IMG/VR virus record: IMGVR_UViG_3300031851_000029
Span: 1-59,141 of that record
Direction: 5' to 3' (one strand)
Length of the DNA stretch: 59,141 bases
From: a virus
Lineage: Duplodnaviria > Caudoviricetes
The notes beneath the pieces were generated by a model. The model was not told the origin of the DNA. It did no database searches and saw nothing but the letters and a program-made list of their open reading frames with translations. The translations under genes and the position numbers were made by a program. Below are positions 18,565-28,877 of the stretch, in pieces. Each line of letters begins with the position of its first letter. Position 1 is the stretch's first letter.

Positions 18565-21500
18565 CAGTCCTCCATGATCCTGTTAATTTGATGTGCAGTT
18601 ATAGGCCTTCTTGTATCGTTTACCACGATACTTCCAGAAGATCCAGTCCTAGACATCATACTCATTATATCACTCATTCCCGATCTATTCACTATTTCTC
18701 CACGCATTCTATAAGCATTATTTCTCTGCATTCTAGCTTGCCCAAGATTGATTGGCCTATTGAGCATTTCTGGGTCCGATTGTTGTGGAAGTGAATTTGG
18801 CTGAATGTGTCTATCTGTAGCAGTTCCAGACATAATAGATGCGTTCACTTTAGCATCTGAGAATTCACCAGGTTGAATTATTGGAGTAGGCGAATAGCCA
18901 CTATCTCCAAGTAACGAGCCAACCCCTATACTTGCAACAGCACCTAAGGCTAACGGACCCATCATTTTTGTAGAAGTTAAAGCCTGAGCTCTTCTTATTG
19001 CTTTTGATCCCCTATTCATGAAAGCGCCAATTTGTTCTGCTTGATTTCTTCCTGCAGCCATCATCTGTCCTTGAACGGAGCCTGCTTCTGCAATGCTTGA
19101 TTGCCACATTCTTAATGCATCTGCAGAATCCATCTTGGCCATATTCGATAGTCTTCTCATAGTCTTTACGCCTTCAACTCCGGTTTCTCTAGCCGTGCTA
19201 GAAGCTAACTTGAGGCTTTGCATAATTTCACTTAAATCCACTGAGGTTCCTACTAAAGCATTATTAATCTTCTTTCTTGTTGCAACATCTAAAATGTCAG
19301 AAGTGTCTATTCCAGTAATAGTCATTTTACCTGCTTCTAGATCTGTTCCTCTAAAAACAGTTTTTCTAATAAAGGCTTCAAAAGCTTCAGTGCTTTCGCC
19401 TCCAGAACGAATCATTTGATTAATAGCTTTTTCACCAGCTTCTGTGACTTCTAAACCGACACCAAGCTTCTTAGCTTTGATACCTACTTCTTCTACAGCA
19501 GTTAAAAGGGACATTGCTTGCTGTTGCTTTGCAACATCGCCTGGTCCAAGAGTTGTTCCAACTAGCCCCATTCTTAGCTGATCTAGCGCAACGTCATACC
19601 TACCAACATCTTTTGCAATACGCTCTTTAATAGCCTCTTGATAAGCAAACTGACCCACATCTAGGGGTTGACCAGTTTTTATATGCTCACCTAAATTTTC
19701 AAGACCCTCTTTAGAAGCGTCTACCATCATCCTAGTATGAGCTCTATATTTTATATCTTGTGATAAGATTTCTTCTGATTTTTGATGAATCATTTTTCTC
19801 ATATTCTTACCAGGGAATATGAGTTTATATAAGTCACCATCGAAGTCACCAATCATGCCAGAAGCAATAGACATGTCTAAGGGTCTTACTTTCTGACCAT
19901 AGTGAACCCCAATCTGCATATTGGGGAATAGCAGTCTTGCACCACCTTCACCTGAAGAGTACTTCGTTATGTTCTGAGCCATAGTTGTAAAGAATGCTTT
20001 TTTAGCACCTGCAGTGCCTTTTTCCATATTGGAAATATCTGCAAAGCTAGTTATATTCTTTCCAGCTGCTTTGTTTATTCTGGCTAAAGCTCGATTTCCT
20101 TCTTCTGTAGCTGTGAATGCTTTAAATACAGCGTCATCTGCACCATACCCAACTTCTGCAGCATGCCTAAAGATGCTTGAAGGTGCGATATGGCCTGGGC
20201 CTAACTGAGGATCTCTAACTACAAAAGCATCAACACCAGTCATTTTATCAGATTCCATCCCTGTAAAGAATCTTTCAAAGATTGTGCCAGCATCTTGTGC
20301 TGCTTTCGCTCCAGAACCACCTTCACCTAAAGCTGTTAATGAATTCTTTTCTCCAGCTATGTATTGGCTCATAGCTGAAAGAAAAGTTTCAGTTTCAGCA
20401 AAAACTGCTCTACCTTTAGTATGTCCAAAAGCTTTTTTTGCCCTACCTATTTGTTCATCGTTCAGATCCCAAGAAGGAGAGCTTTTAGTTGAAAGCGTTT
20501 CTCTACGCCCAGAGCTATATTCTGCTGCTGCTTCTTTACCCTGAACACCACTAACTGAATCCCCAGGCATTCCGCCTAAAGATACACTTTGACCTACAGC
20601 CATAGCTGAGCCACGTAGCTTCCCTCTTAGAAGTCCTCTGTTAGTTGCTGCCCATATTTCTGCCATGTCTCCTTTAAAGGAACGCATTGCTTCAACCGAT
20701 CTTCCCATATCTTCTGTTGATCTCATTGAGATAGAATCTATTCGAGCTAAATCTCCTGAAAAAGTAGACATTCTTCTTACATATTCGTTTTCGATAGTCA
20801 TGGCACCTTCCAGTCCTGGAATCTTAGTACCTTTCATCATGTCGATTGTGTCTCCACCAGCAACAAAGAAACCCCCAGAATGACCAAAAGCAGTTTTAGC
20901 AGCATTTTTGATATTGCCACTTCCTTCAAAATCAAGCATAAAGCCGCCAGCGCCTCTAAATCTTTCGCTTCTAAGGAAAGACTTCATGCTCTCTGGATCT
21001 CTACCCATCAGCTCTTTGTAGCTAACTCTCTCCATTTTTTGAAATCTAGATTGCTCGGTTATTCTAGTGTTGCCAGCAATAGACTCTTCCATCCTAGTAA
21101 GGGACCTAAGTGTTGATAACTCTTTTTCAGTACCTTCTTTTCTTGCAAGGAGCCCTGTCATGAAATCTGATACAGTATCTACGGGTAAGCCCATAATATT
21201 TTGCAACCTATGTTGCAAGAACTGATAAGTTCTAGGCTCCATTGAGCCTAAATTTCTTCTATATTCAGAAGCTTGCGGTCCTGGAACCAAAGAGCCTAAA
21301 CCTAGCGCCCAACCTTCTTTTGCAACCTTGATTATTTCCTCCGCATTATGCCCACCAAGATGCTTGCTTATCAGCCTTCCAACAGCTTTGTCAGCATCTT
21401 TAATTCCTGCTTTTTGACCTATCTTTCCTAAATGTTCTTGAACTCCAGCAAAAGCCATTCCTGCTAATCTTGGGTTTATAGGCTGGCCAGATTTAGCCAG

Positions 21501-23897
21501 ACCTTGAGCTGTAGCCTCAATTACTGAAGTTAAATACTTATATTGCTTTTTAAAAGCCATAGTCTCTTTGCCGTAATCAAGTTTGCTTAATGCACCACTA
21601 GCCAAACTGTTTACTTCTGATCTAAATGCATTCGCATTTTGACCTGTAATCAAAGTGGCCCCTCCAACTAGTTGGTTTGCCAAATAAGCAGGACTCTTCT
21701 TCAGCATCGATCCTTCAGTCAAAAGCATGTTTGATTCATTTATGTTGGCTGATCGTAAAACCTCAGTCATTGAGACTCCACCAACTTGCTGTTGTGCTAT
21801 TCGAGAACTAACGTTTTCATTTATAGGCTTTACAGTTCCCTTGAATAGGGGGCCGAACACTTTAGCAAAAGCAGATTGAACAGTATATTGCCCTGAAAAA
21901 TGAAGCATCTTCTTTTGTGTAGTGCTTGTCATTTCTTCTAAACCGATATCTAAAGACTTAATTCCAGCCCATCTAGGCAATCCTACTTCTCCCAAGTTTT
22001 CATTAAAACCCATCAAAGCCATTCCCCCGTCTTTGCCGCCAAACACTTTGTAAAAATCATCCATACTGCTGATAGTTTGCCCTGCTAAACTTGGGCTAAG
22101 GAGCTTTGTGCTTTGCCCTTGGCCAACTTTAAGCCTGCCTCCAGCTTGTTGCTGGTGCATCAATTCATTTGTCAATAGAGTTGAGATTTTTTTGTGACCG
22201 CTAGTCCTTGGATCTACAATAGTCTTAGTTAAATCATTAGTAACCATCAGACCCCTCTTGGGATCTCCCATGTAAGCTTCACCCTCACCAAGACCGAGCC
22301 CCCTACCTTTAACATCTAGTACGTGGGCTCTTTGAATTGCACCACTTGCAACGTCTGCTGCCAAGTCTAGACTTTGTCCTACTGAACGAACTGTTCCTGA
22401 AACTCCGAAACCAGGCAAAGGATTGAAGCCTTGATTGCTGAATATAGAGGATCTACCAATAAACTGCTTTTCTCTTGCAGTTACAGGCTGTAGGGTTCTG
22501 TCTAATTCTATACCAATGCCTCTCATCTTCGAAAGAGTTCCCCCCTCTCTCATAGACATGGAAAAATATGCACTTTCATCTTTCATCAAATTGACCATTG
22601 GGTCTCCAGCAGTATCTAAGAATCCTGGGCTATTAGCACCTAACAATGCTCTAAAAACTCTATTCTCACTCCTTGTAAGCTTCTGCGCATCTAAGAAAGT
22701 TACCGTATTCTGCTGAACTGCAAGGTTACCTTGCATCTTGTTGAAAAGTGCTCCACTATGCCTAAAGGACCTTGGCATCTGTTCCGACACGTCAGTTAAG
22801 GCGCTATGGTAAAATTTAGGCTGTAGATATTCTAAGCCACGCTTACCTGCCATCTCTTCAAATTTGCGTACTGCAAATTCGCTGAATGTGAAAAACGCTC
22901 CGTTCTTTTTACCAAGTTCACCTACCACCATAGACTGAGTGAGGCTTTTGCTGCCTCCACTAGTCATTCTTGAAACTTCTGGAGCATCTCCATAAAGCCT
23001 TCTTGTTGCATACGTAGTAGTTCCTTGCCCGCCTCTGTATATACCAACATGCCCTATACTTCCCTTGTTTTGTACAAGGGCGCTTGCCAACTGTATAGGG
23101 ACATTGATGAAATTAGAAGTTCCTCTACTCGCTGCAAGAGGGCTCTTGTATACTCTTGCATATGTAGAAGTGCCACCACCTTCTTTGATCTGGCCTAATT
23201 GAACTAAATCTTTAGCGTTTGCACCTGCAGCTTTCATTATCCTGCTATACCTACTCCTTGCTAAAGGATCTAAGTCATCTGGATTTAGTATTGGGTTGAA
23301 TTTTGGGCTTAAGCCTTGAAGGTCGACTTGTGCTGGGCCAGTAATTACGTTTGCATATGGACTAAGATTTTTGAAGAGTCTTCTTGCCTTGCCTTTTCTC
23401 TCTTCATCTCCAGATGACATCACAGATTCCATAACTTGTTTTATCATCTTTTCTTCAGATTCGATCATACTGCTTTGATCTTTAGATAAGAGTTCTAACA
23501 ATTGGTCTTTTATTCCTGGGGCAAGTCCACTGTCTGATTGATCAACTAGCTCAATAGCACTACCAATAAGTACTCTTCTGCTTTCTGCGCCTTCTTCAAG
23601 CATTTTTCTAATTTGGCCTCCCTCAAGAAGGCTTTGCCTCAAGTTGTCAGCTTTGATTCGGTTGTTTCTTTCTAGAAGCTTGTCTAGATTCTCACCGACT
23701 CTCATGTTCGCTTCTTTTATACCGTTATTGATGCCACCACCCAATAGTGCCCTATTAGACTTTATTCCATTGAGTGCAAAAGCGCCGCCGACAAACATTG
23801 GTGCTATTCCAATTGCTCTCCCAACAAGAGAGCCTGCTAGCGTAGCATCTGATAGAATTTGATTTTTCTTATCATTAGGATCATCACTGAATGACAT
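18564..23897 (-). CDS. Putative virion-associated single-chain two-barrel RNA polymerase (1777 aa)
   Basis: Catalytic GDFDGD (19833-19850) preceded by FVVRDPQL (R-x-P, 20208-20216), as in the beta' barrel. Upstream AKVFGPLFKG (21837-21863) resembles the two-lysine motif of the beta barrel. Embedded in the tail operon. Confidence 0.75.
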   Translation of the reverse strand: MSFSDDPNDKKNQILSDATLAGSLVGRAIGIAPMFVGGAFALNGIKSNRALLGGGINNGIKEANMRVGENLDKLLERNNRIKADNLRQSLLEGGQIRKMLEEGAESRRVLIGSAIELVDQSDSGLAPGIKDQLLELLSKDQSSMIESEEKMIKQVMESVMSSGDEERKGKARRLFKNLSPYANVITGPAQVDLQGLSPKFNPILNPDDLDPLARSRYSRIMKAAGANAKDLVQLGQIKEGGGTSTYARVYKSPLAASRGTSNFINVPIQLASALVQNKGSIGHVGIYRGGQGTTTYATRRLYGDAPEVSRMTSGGSKSLTQSMVVGELGKKNGAFFTFSEFAVRKFEEMAGKRGLEYLQPKFYHSALTDVSEQMPRSFRHSGALFNKMQGNLAVQQNTVTFLDAQKLTRSENRVFRALLGANSPGFLDTAGDPMVNLMKDESAYFSMSMREGGTLSKMRGIGIELDRTLQPVTAREKQFIGRSSIFSNQGFNPLPGFGVSGTVRSVGQSLDLAADVASGAIQRAHVLDVKGRGLGLGEGEAYMGDPKRGLMVTNDLTKTIVDPRTSGHKKISTLLTNELMHQQQAGGRLKVGQGQSTKLLSPSLAGQTISSMDDFYKVFGGKDGGMALMGFNENLGEVGLPRWAGIKSLDIGLEEMTSTTQKKMLHFSGQYTVQSAFAKVFGPLFKGTVKPINENVSSRIAQQQVGGVSMTEVLRSANINESNMLLTEGSMLKKSPAYLANQLVGGATLITGQNANAFRSEVNSLASGALSKLDYGKETMAFKKQYKYLTSVIEATAQGLAKSGQPINPRLAGMAFAGVQEHLGKIGQKAGIKDADKAVGRLISKHLGGHNAEEIIKVAKEGWALGLGSLVPGPQASEYRRNLGSMEPRTYQFLQHRLQNIMGLPVDTVSDFMTGLLARKEGTEKELSTLRSLTRMEESIAGNTRITEQSRFQKMERVSYKELMGRDPESMKSFLRSERFRGAGGFMLDFEGSGNIKNAAKTAFGHSGGFFVAGGDTIDMMKGTKIPGLEGAMTIENEYVRRMSTFSGDLARIDSISMRSTEDMGRSVEAMRSFKGDMAEIWAATNRGLLRGKLRGSAMAVGQSVSLGGMPGDSVSGVQGKEAAAEYSSGRRETLSTKSSPSWDLNDEQIGRAKKAFGHTKGRAVFAETETFLSAMSQYIAGEKNSLTALGEGGSGAKAAQDAGTIFERFFTGMESDKMTGVDAFVVRDPQLGPGHIAPSSIFRHAAEVGYGADDAVFKAFTATEEGNRALARINKAAGKNITSFADISNMEKGTAGAKKAFFTTMAQNITKYSSGEGGARLLFPNMQIGVHYGQKVRPLDMSIASGMIGDFDGDLYKLIFPGKNMRKMIHQKSEEILSQDIKYRAHTRMMVDASKEGLENLGEHIKTGQPLDVGQFAYQEAIKERIAKDVGRYDVALDQLRMGLVGTTLGPGDVAKQQQAMSLLTAVEEVGIKAKKLGVGLEVTEAGEKAINQMIRSGGESTEAFEAFIRKTVFRGTDLEAGKMTITGIDTSDILDVATRKKINNALVGTSVDLSEIMQSLKLASSTARETGVEGVKTMRRLSNMAKMDSADALRMWQSSIAEAGSVQGQMMAAGRNQAEQIGAFMNRGSKAIRRAQALTSTKMMGPLALGAVASIGVGSLLGDSGYSPTPIIQPGEFSDAKVNASIMSGTATDRHIQPNSLPQQSDPEMLNRPINLGQARMQRNNAYRMRGEIVNRSGMSDIMSMMSRTGSSGSIVVNDTRRPITAHQINRIMED

Positions 23898-26800
23898 TAT
23901 AATACTCCTCCGTAAGCACCAAGCGCACCCATAATCTCTGTAGATCTATCATCATTCATGTAGAAGTTTCCGTGACCTTGATTCATCATACCCTCAAGCC
24001 TAGACACAGATGCTTCACCAGGCGACCTATACTGAACCCCTGGCCCTCTACCAGCATTAAAGATTTGTCCAGCAATACTGAACGGGTCTGGGCCAGGAAG
24101 TTTTCGTAAGAAGTCATCAGAGCCTTCAAGGTAAGGTTTTCTTGCGTTATTTCTAACTGCTGAATGCCAATATCCGTACTCATGTAAATCTTTTCCTAAA
24201 TTATCAATATATTTTACTTCAACATCGTCTATATTAACATCTTCGTGCCAGCCAATCCAGTCTGTACTAGGCATCATACCGCTATATTTGTGTTGCTGTA
24301 AGTTATTAAATTGACTACCCAAATGAGAATCTGAAGCTGCCGTTTGAGAACCAACGTATAGACTTGGGTCACCTCTGTCAGATCTATCCCAGATTGCCTT
24401 ATAAAGATGATGCTGATCTTTAGGAATCATACTTAAGATCTTGCTCCTTTCTTTTGGACCAGCCATGCTGAATGCATCAAAGAAAGGTTTTTCAGAATCT
24501 GGCAATGTCATATAGATTGACATTGCATCTGATTGGGGGTTGACACCATATCTCGTTTGAGAAGCCATATTTGTGTGGAACCGCTGATCTCCACTTCTGC
24601 CTTGCATTTGAGCCATAGAAGCTAATTGCATTTGCTTTTGAAATTCAAGCTTATCGAAAAAGCTTTGCTGCTCATCAGCTTCTCTTCGCCACAAAGGCTT
24701 GCCTGCGATGTCTAAGGGATCCATAAAGTCTATAGCGCTATAAAAAGCAGGTCTGAACCAGTCTCTTATTGGTTTGTCCCAAAAAGCAAATTGACTACCA
24801 TACATTCTCTGATACTGATATTCTTCAATCATGTCTCGATCAGACATAAGTTTTTGCACTGGCCTGAAACCACCAGGAACCATGTACTCCACAGGAGCAA
24901 CTGCTTTTCTTATAAATTTTTGAGCTGAAGCTTGAGCTCCCTGAGTTATATTAGATAAGAGGGGAACCTCTATAGCGTTTGGATCAACCCTGTCAAAGGT
25001 TCTACTGATTCTTTCGTTGTAAAGTCGGTCAACGCCATCCATCATGGCGTTTTCTGCATCAGTTGTTATTCCTTCTGATCTTTTTGTATATAACCTTTGT
25101 CTAATGTTCTTGAACTCTTTAGACATAGGCGCAACGTCTGCAAGGATAGCCATCTTAAAAATATCTGGATAATCTTCTTTAGAAAACCCTTTTAAAGCTG
25201 GATTGATAGCTTCATAACCGCTACCCGGAAGTCTAAGGTGTCCTTCATCAATAAGCCTGTAAGGATCTCCATGCTTAAATCTATCTGGAAGCCAATAAGG
25301 CATCCTATTCATTAGGGGATTATACTCTTCTATTTCTCCTCTCTTCTTTGGCAAAAAACGTCTAATTGGCTCAGTCATAAAAAGACCACCACCAAGATTT
25401 AAGTCCCAAAAAGCTTCTCCAGGATCAGTCATTGATCCTGCACTTGCCATTATCGGTCTTTGTGTTCCAAAAGTTTCTATGCCTGTGTTTGCTTTTTGAA
25501 CCATGTTTTTGGCCCAACCCGTCAAGCCTTCTAGTTCTCTAAACTGATGCTGCATGCCTCCAGCAATATATCCTGCAGAAAACGGAGAGTAAGGAACACC
25601 CGCTGACTTGCCTCCAAGTCCAGGAGCCGCTCCTCTTATTTCGGGCTTGTGCTTAAACTCTATACTTCCATCAGGGCCCTCCCTCATGTATTCTGAAGTA
25701 TGCATGAGCTTTGCAGGCTTTATTAGTCTGCCAATGGTTCCAGAAAGCAACCCTCCTATAACTGGAACATCTTCAAATGCTGCACCACTAATTGGGTAGG
25801 GTCTATCCCAATAGTTTTCTTTTTCTATGTGGTAAGTAAAGTTCTTTAAAAAGAATTTTCTAATTGGAGATATTTCATCTTCATTTTCACCCCAAGCAGA
25901 CTTCTGTCTAGCTCGGCTCATCATAGCTACGTATGCATGAGGTCTATGATATTTTACTTCAGCGCCCTCAAATGGTGTACCACCACCTTCCCACCACCTA
26001 CCTCTTTTGACAGCTACTTGCTTCTGACCACTATATATTGCACTAAGCTCAGAAGGACCTTCCATGCTTCCTAAAAGAGCACCAGTGGCAAGCTGTTGAA
26101 AAGCTAGAGCTCCAGCAAATAAAGTTCCAACTCTGCCAAGTCTACTTTTAAAACCATGTTTTGCCAGAACTCCAACTTCTCCTCTAACTTGGTTTCCATG
26201 CAGGGCTTCTCCCTGCATATTTGCACCAAAGAGGCTGTGTATGAATTTTGCTCCAAATCCATGAAGCCCTCTAGCTATTTTTGCAGCGTTGCCATCACCT
26301 TGGTACTTTAATCCAATATCATCCAATCTCTCAGCAAGAGCTTTGTTCACAATATTATTATTTTTTAACTCTTCTCTTCTCGTTTCAGTTGCAGTCTCAA
26401 ACACATGATGCAACTCTCTAAGCATACCATCTACTGGGCCAGCACCTTTTGAAGAAGCATGCTTATAGAGGTAAGAGTAAAGCTTAGATCTTTGCCTTCT
26501 GGTTCTTAAGTCTTCTGGGCCTTTGATACCCATTTGATCTAAGAAGGGTTCTATCTCAGATAAGTTCTTTCTTAAGTAACTATTTATAGGTGAAGTGCCG
26601 TCTTTTAAGTTTGGACTTTCTCTAAGTATTTTATAAAGAGATTCTCCTACACCAGTACTTAAAGATTTTGGTAGATCTGTTGTGGTGGCGTTTATCATTG
26701 ATTGGCCCAAGCCAATACTCTTCCTTAAGTCACCAGACATGTGCTCTAGCATTTTGCCAGTGAGCCCACCTCTCATGAATAAATCTGGCATACTCATTAT

Positions 26801-28201
26801 GCCAAGACCTATTCCCATCAAGGCCCCAGTCTTCCAGTCTGAAATACCTGGAAGGAACCCCTCCATTGTTCTTCTATAAGTATTCATTCCAGTTACAGCG
26901 CCTATTGCAGACTTTGCAATATGCATCTTAGTTGCTGTAGTAGCTATGCCTTCTATTACTCCCTGATCGAAACCAGGCAGTATGACCTGACCAAAAAAGC
27001 TTGCAACACCAACTGCAAACGCTGCTTTTGGTGAACCACCCTTTCTTACCTTATTGAACAAATAAGCTGCAGTAGCAGACACTGCTCCTGATGCTATAAA
27101 TTCACCAGGAAGACTGTAGTTCCTCCTTACCCAGTCAACTTGTTGTAGTGCTGCATAGCCTGCACCTATCTTTGCAGCTTTGCCTCCATACCTTAAGAAC
27201 ATGTTGAGTGGCTTACCAGAAGTAACGCCAAGCTTCATTCCTAAGCTTTTTTCAAGATGTGGTGTTGCGTTCTGTAAAAATGGTACTTGCTCAATTACTC
27301 CTTGCAGGAGCCTGTTGAACCTTTCCATTCCAAATGCAAGGGGAACTTGTGCATAGCTAGCAGCTAGCTTTGCGCCTCCCATTGCCCCCGCTTTTTCAAG
27401 CGGGATCGGAGCAAAACCTTTTCTAGATTTAAATTGACCTTCTGAAAAATTAGCAAAAAGTCTATCAGCTTTAGTTTGTGAGCCAACGCCCCATTTGTCT
27501 GTAATGCCAAGTGATTGCAATACGGAATAGAAAGCAGTATTAACTTTAGCAGAAGTGGAATGCCTGCCTTTATGAATTCCTTTTTCAAAAACATCTGCTT
27601 CAAATGGAGCTGTCTCCATTAATGCAGCTTTATTAGAGACAACTGTCCAATTGCCTTTTGTAGACTTGCCACCTATACTAGGAGTCATTCTCCTACTTAA
27701 AAGCTTACCTGTTCTAGAGTTTAGATCTTGCTCATATCTGAGTTCAAAATCAGATAAATCCATCCCTGCTTTTGCAAAATTCTCTTCACCAATTATTTGT
27801 CTTAAGTATTGTTTTGTTTCATCTGTGGATGTAAACTCAGCTCCATATTCATAGAAGCCAACTTTTTTTGTTGCATCAATTACAGATTTGCCAACATCTA
27901 AATTCTTGGCTGCACCAGATGTAAAAGGCGATAAGAACTCAGAGACTCTAAAAGTATTCAGTAAAGAGAAAGGAGTTCTTTCAGCAAAGGCTCTCCAATG
28001 CGATTGTGCTAAGTCTATCCCGAACCTAGATTGACCTTGCGGTCCTTTACCTACTCTTGTATTGGCTGCTACGCCAAAAGCACCAGCACCTAAAGCTGCA
28101 CTTACAGCTAAGTTTTTAAACCCTTCTTGAGGGGGCGACCAAGGAGTGTATTCTTCAGAGCTCCATATAGGCGATGCACTAGAATATGGTTGATATGCCA
28201 T
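23897..28201 (-). CDS. Tape-measure-like / DNA-ejection protein (1434 aa)
   Basis: First large gene after the two tail chaperones. Helical and Gly/Ala-rich with several hydrophobic segments. Confidence 0.6.
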   Translation of the reverse strand: MAYQPYSSASPIWSSEEYTPWSPPQEGFKNLAVSAALGAGAFGVAANTRVGKGPQGQSRFGIDLAQSHWRAFAERTPFSLLNTFRVSEFLSPFTSGAAKNLDVGKSVIDATKKVGFYEYGAEFTSTDETKQYLRQIIGEENFAKAGMDLSDFELRYEQDLNSRTGKLLSRRMTPSIGGKSTKGNWTVVSNKAALMETAPFEADVFEKGIHKGRHSTSAKVNTAFYSVLQSLGITDKWGVGSQTKADRLFANFSEGQFKSRKGFAPIPLEKAGAMGGAKLAASYAQVPLAFGMERFNRLLQGVIEQVPFLQNATPHLEKSLGMKLGVTSGKPLNMFLRYGGKAAKIGAGYAALQQVDWVRRNYSLPGEFIASGAVSATAAYLFNKVRKGGSPKAAFAVGVASFFGQVILPGFDQGVIEGIATTATKMHIAKSAIGAVTGMNTYRRTMEGFLPGISDWKTGALMGIGLGIMSMPDLFMRGGLTGKMLEHMSGDLRKSIGLGQSMINATTTDLPKSLSTGVGESLYKILRESPNLKDGTSPINSYLRKNLSEIEPFLDQMGIKGPEDLRTRRQRSKLYSYLYKHASSKGAGPVDGMLRELHHVFETATETRREELKNNNIVNKALAERLDDIGLKYQGDGNAAKIARGLHGFGAKFIHSLFGANMQGEALHGNQVRGEVGVLAKHGFKSRLGRVGTLFAGALAFQQLATGALLGSMEGPSELSAIYSGQKQVAVKRGRWWEGGGTPFEGAEVKYHRPHAYVAMMSRARQKSAWGENEDEISPIRKFFLKNFTYHIEKENYWDRPYPISGAAFEDVPVIGGLLSGTIGRLIKPAKLMHTSEYMREGPDGSIEFKHKPEIRGAAPGLGGKSAGVPYSPFSAGYIAGGMQHQFRELEGLTGWAKNMVQKANTGIETFGTQRPIMASAGSMTDPGEAFWDLNLGGGLFMTEPIRRFLPKKRGEIEEYNPLMNRMPYWLPDRFKHGDPYRLIDEGHLRLPGSGYEAINPALKGFSKEDYPDIFKMAILADVAPMSKEFKNIRQRLYTKRSEGITTDAENAMMDGVDRLYNERISRTFDRVDPNAIEVPLLSNITQGAQASAQKFIRKAVAPVEYMVPGGFRPVQKLMSDRDMIEEYQYQRMYGSQFAFWDKPIRDWFRPAFYSAIDFMDPLDIAGKPLWRREADEQQSFFDKLEFQKQMQLASMAQMQGRSGDQRFHTNMASQTRYGVNPQSDAMSIYMTLPDSEKPFFDAFSMAGPKERSKILSMIPKDQHHLYKAIWDRSDRGDPSLYVGSQTAASDSHLGSQFNNLQQHKYSGMMPSTDWIGWHEDVNIDDVEVKYIDNLGKDLHEYGYWHSAVRNNARKPYLEGSDDFLRKLPGPDPFSIAGQIFNAGRGPGVQYRSPGEASVSRLEGMMNQGHGNFYMNDDRSTEIMGALGAYGGVL

Positions 28202-28204
28202 GCG

Positions 28205-28870
28205 TTACCTCCTTTGACTTAGCTTACGTAACTGCCCCTTGCTCAATTTGCCTTGCTGAGCTTCTTCAATATCGAACGCTCCCATAGCCTTCTTGATAGC
28301 TCTGTTATCTGCAGCAAAGTCAATGCCGTGACCTTGGTCCCGCTTACTTTCACTTCGAACTTCTTCAAGAGTCTTAATCTGTGACAAATCAAGCTTTTCA
28401 TAATCTGGGTTCTGTTTAGAAAGTATATTCTCAGCAATAGTAAAATTTCTTAAGAATGTTGGCCTTGACCAACTTTCCATTTCTTGAATCTTGTAACTAA
28501 AAACAGTCATTACTACAGATCTCATATACTCAAATACAGTATCGGATGGATGCTGTCTTCTCAATACAGCCAAATCATCTCTTAAGGTTTCTTGATCACA
28601 GTCTCCAGATAAAAACAGAATCAGCCGACCCACTGACATAGTGAGGCCGGCTGACAAGTTATCAGACAATAATCTGTAGTTACCTATATAGCAACGCTCA
28701 AATACTAAGTCCCAAAGCTCGAATTCTGAATAAACCCCAGCCTCTCTAAGGCTTCTGAAAACCTTATACTCGTGTATAGATAGCAACCTATAGGACAGCT
28801 TAATATCTTCATTGGGAAACCAAGTCTGGTATAAGTTGCCACTAGCTTCTATAATGGCATCTATATCCAT
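28205..28870 (-). CDS. Tail assembly chaperone (second)
   Basis: Position between the tube genes and the tape-measure-like gene. YRLLSIHEYK...VFERCYI parallels FTHLKRGQWK...VVTYCTL of the preceding gene. Confidence 0.55.
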   Translation of the reverse strand: MDIDAIIEASGNLYQTWFPNEDIKLSYRLLSIHEYKVFRSLREAGVYSEFELWDLVFERCYIGNYRLLSDNLSAGLTMSVGRLILFLSGDCDQETLRDDLAVLRRQHPSDTVFEYMRSVVMTVFSYKIQEMESWSRPTFLRNFTIAENILSKQNPDYEKLDLSQIKTLEEVRSESKRDQGHGIDFAADNRAIKKAMGAFDIEEAQQGKLSKGQLRKLSQRR

Positions 28871-28877
28871 TGTAACT

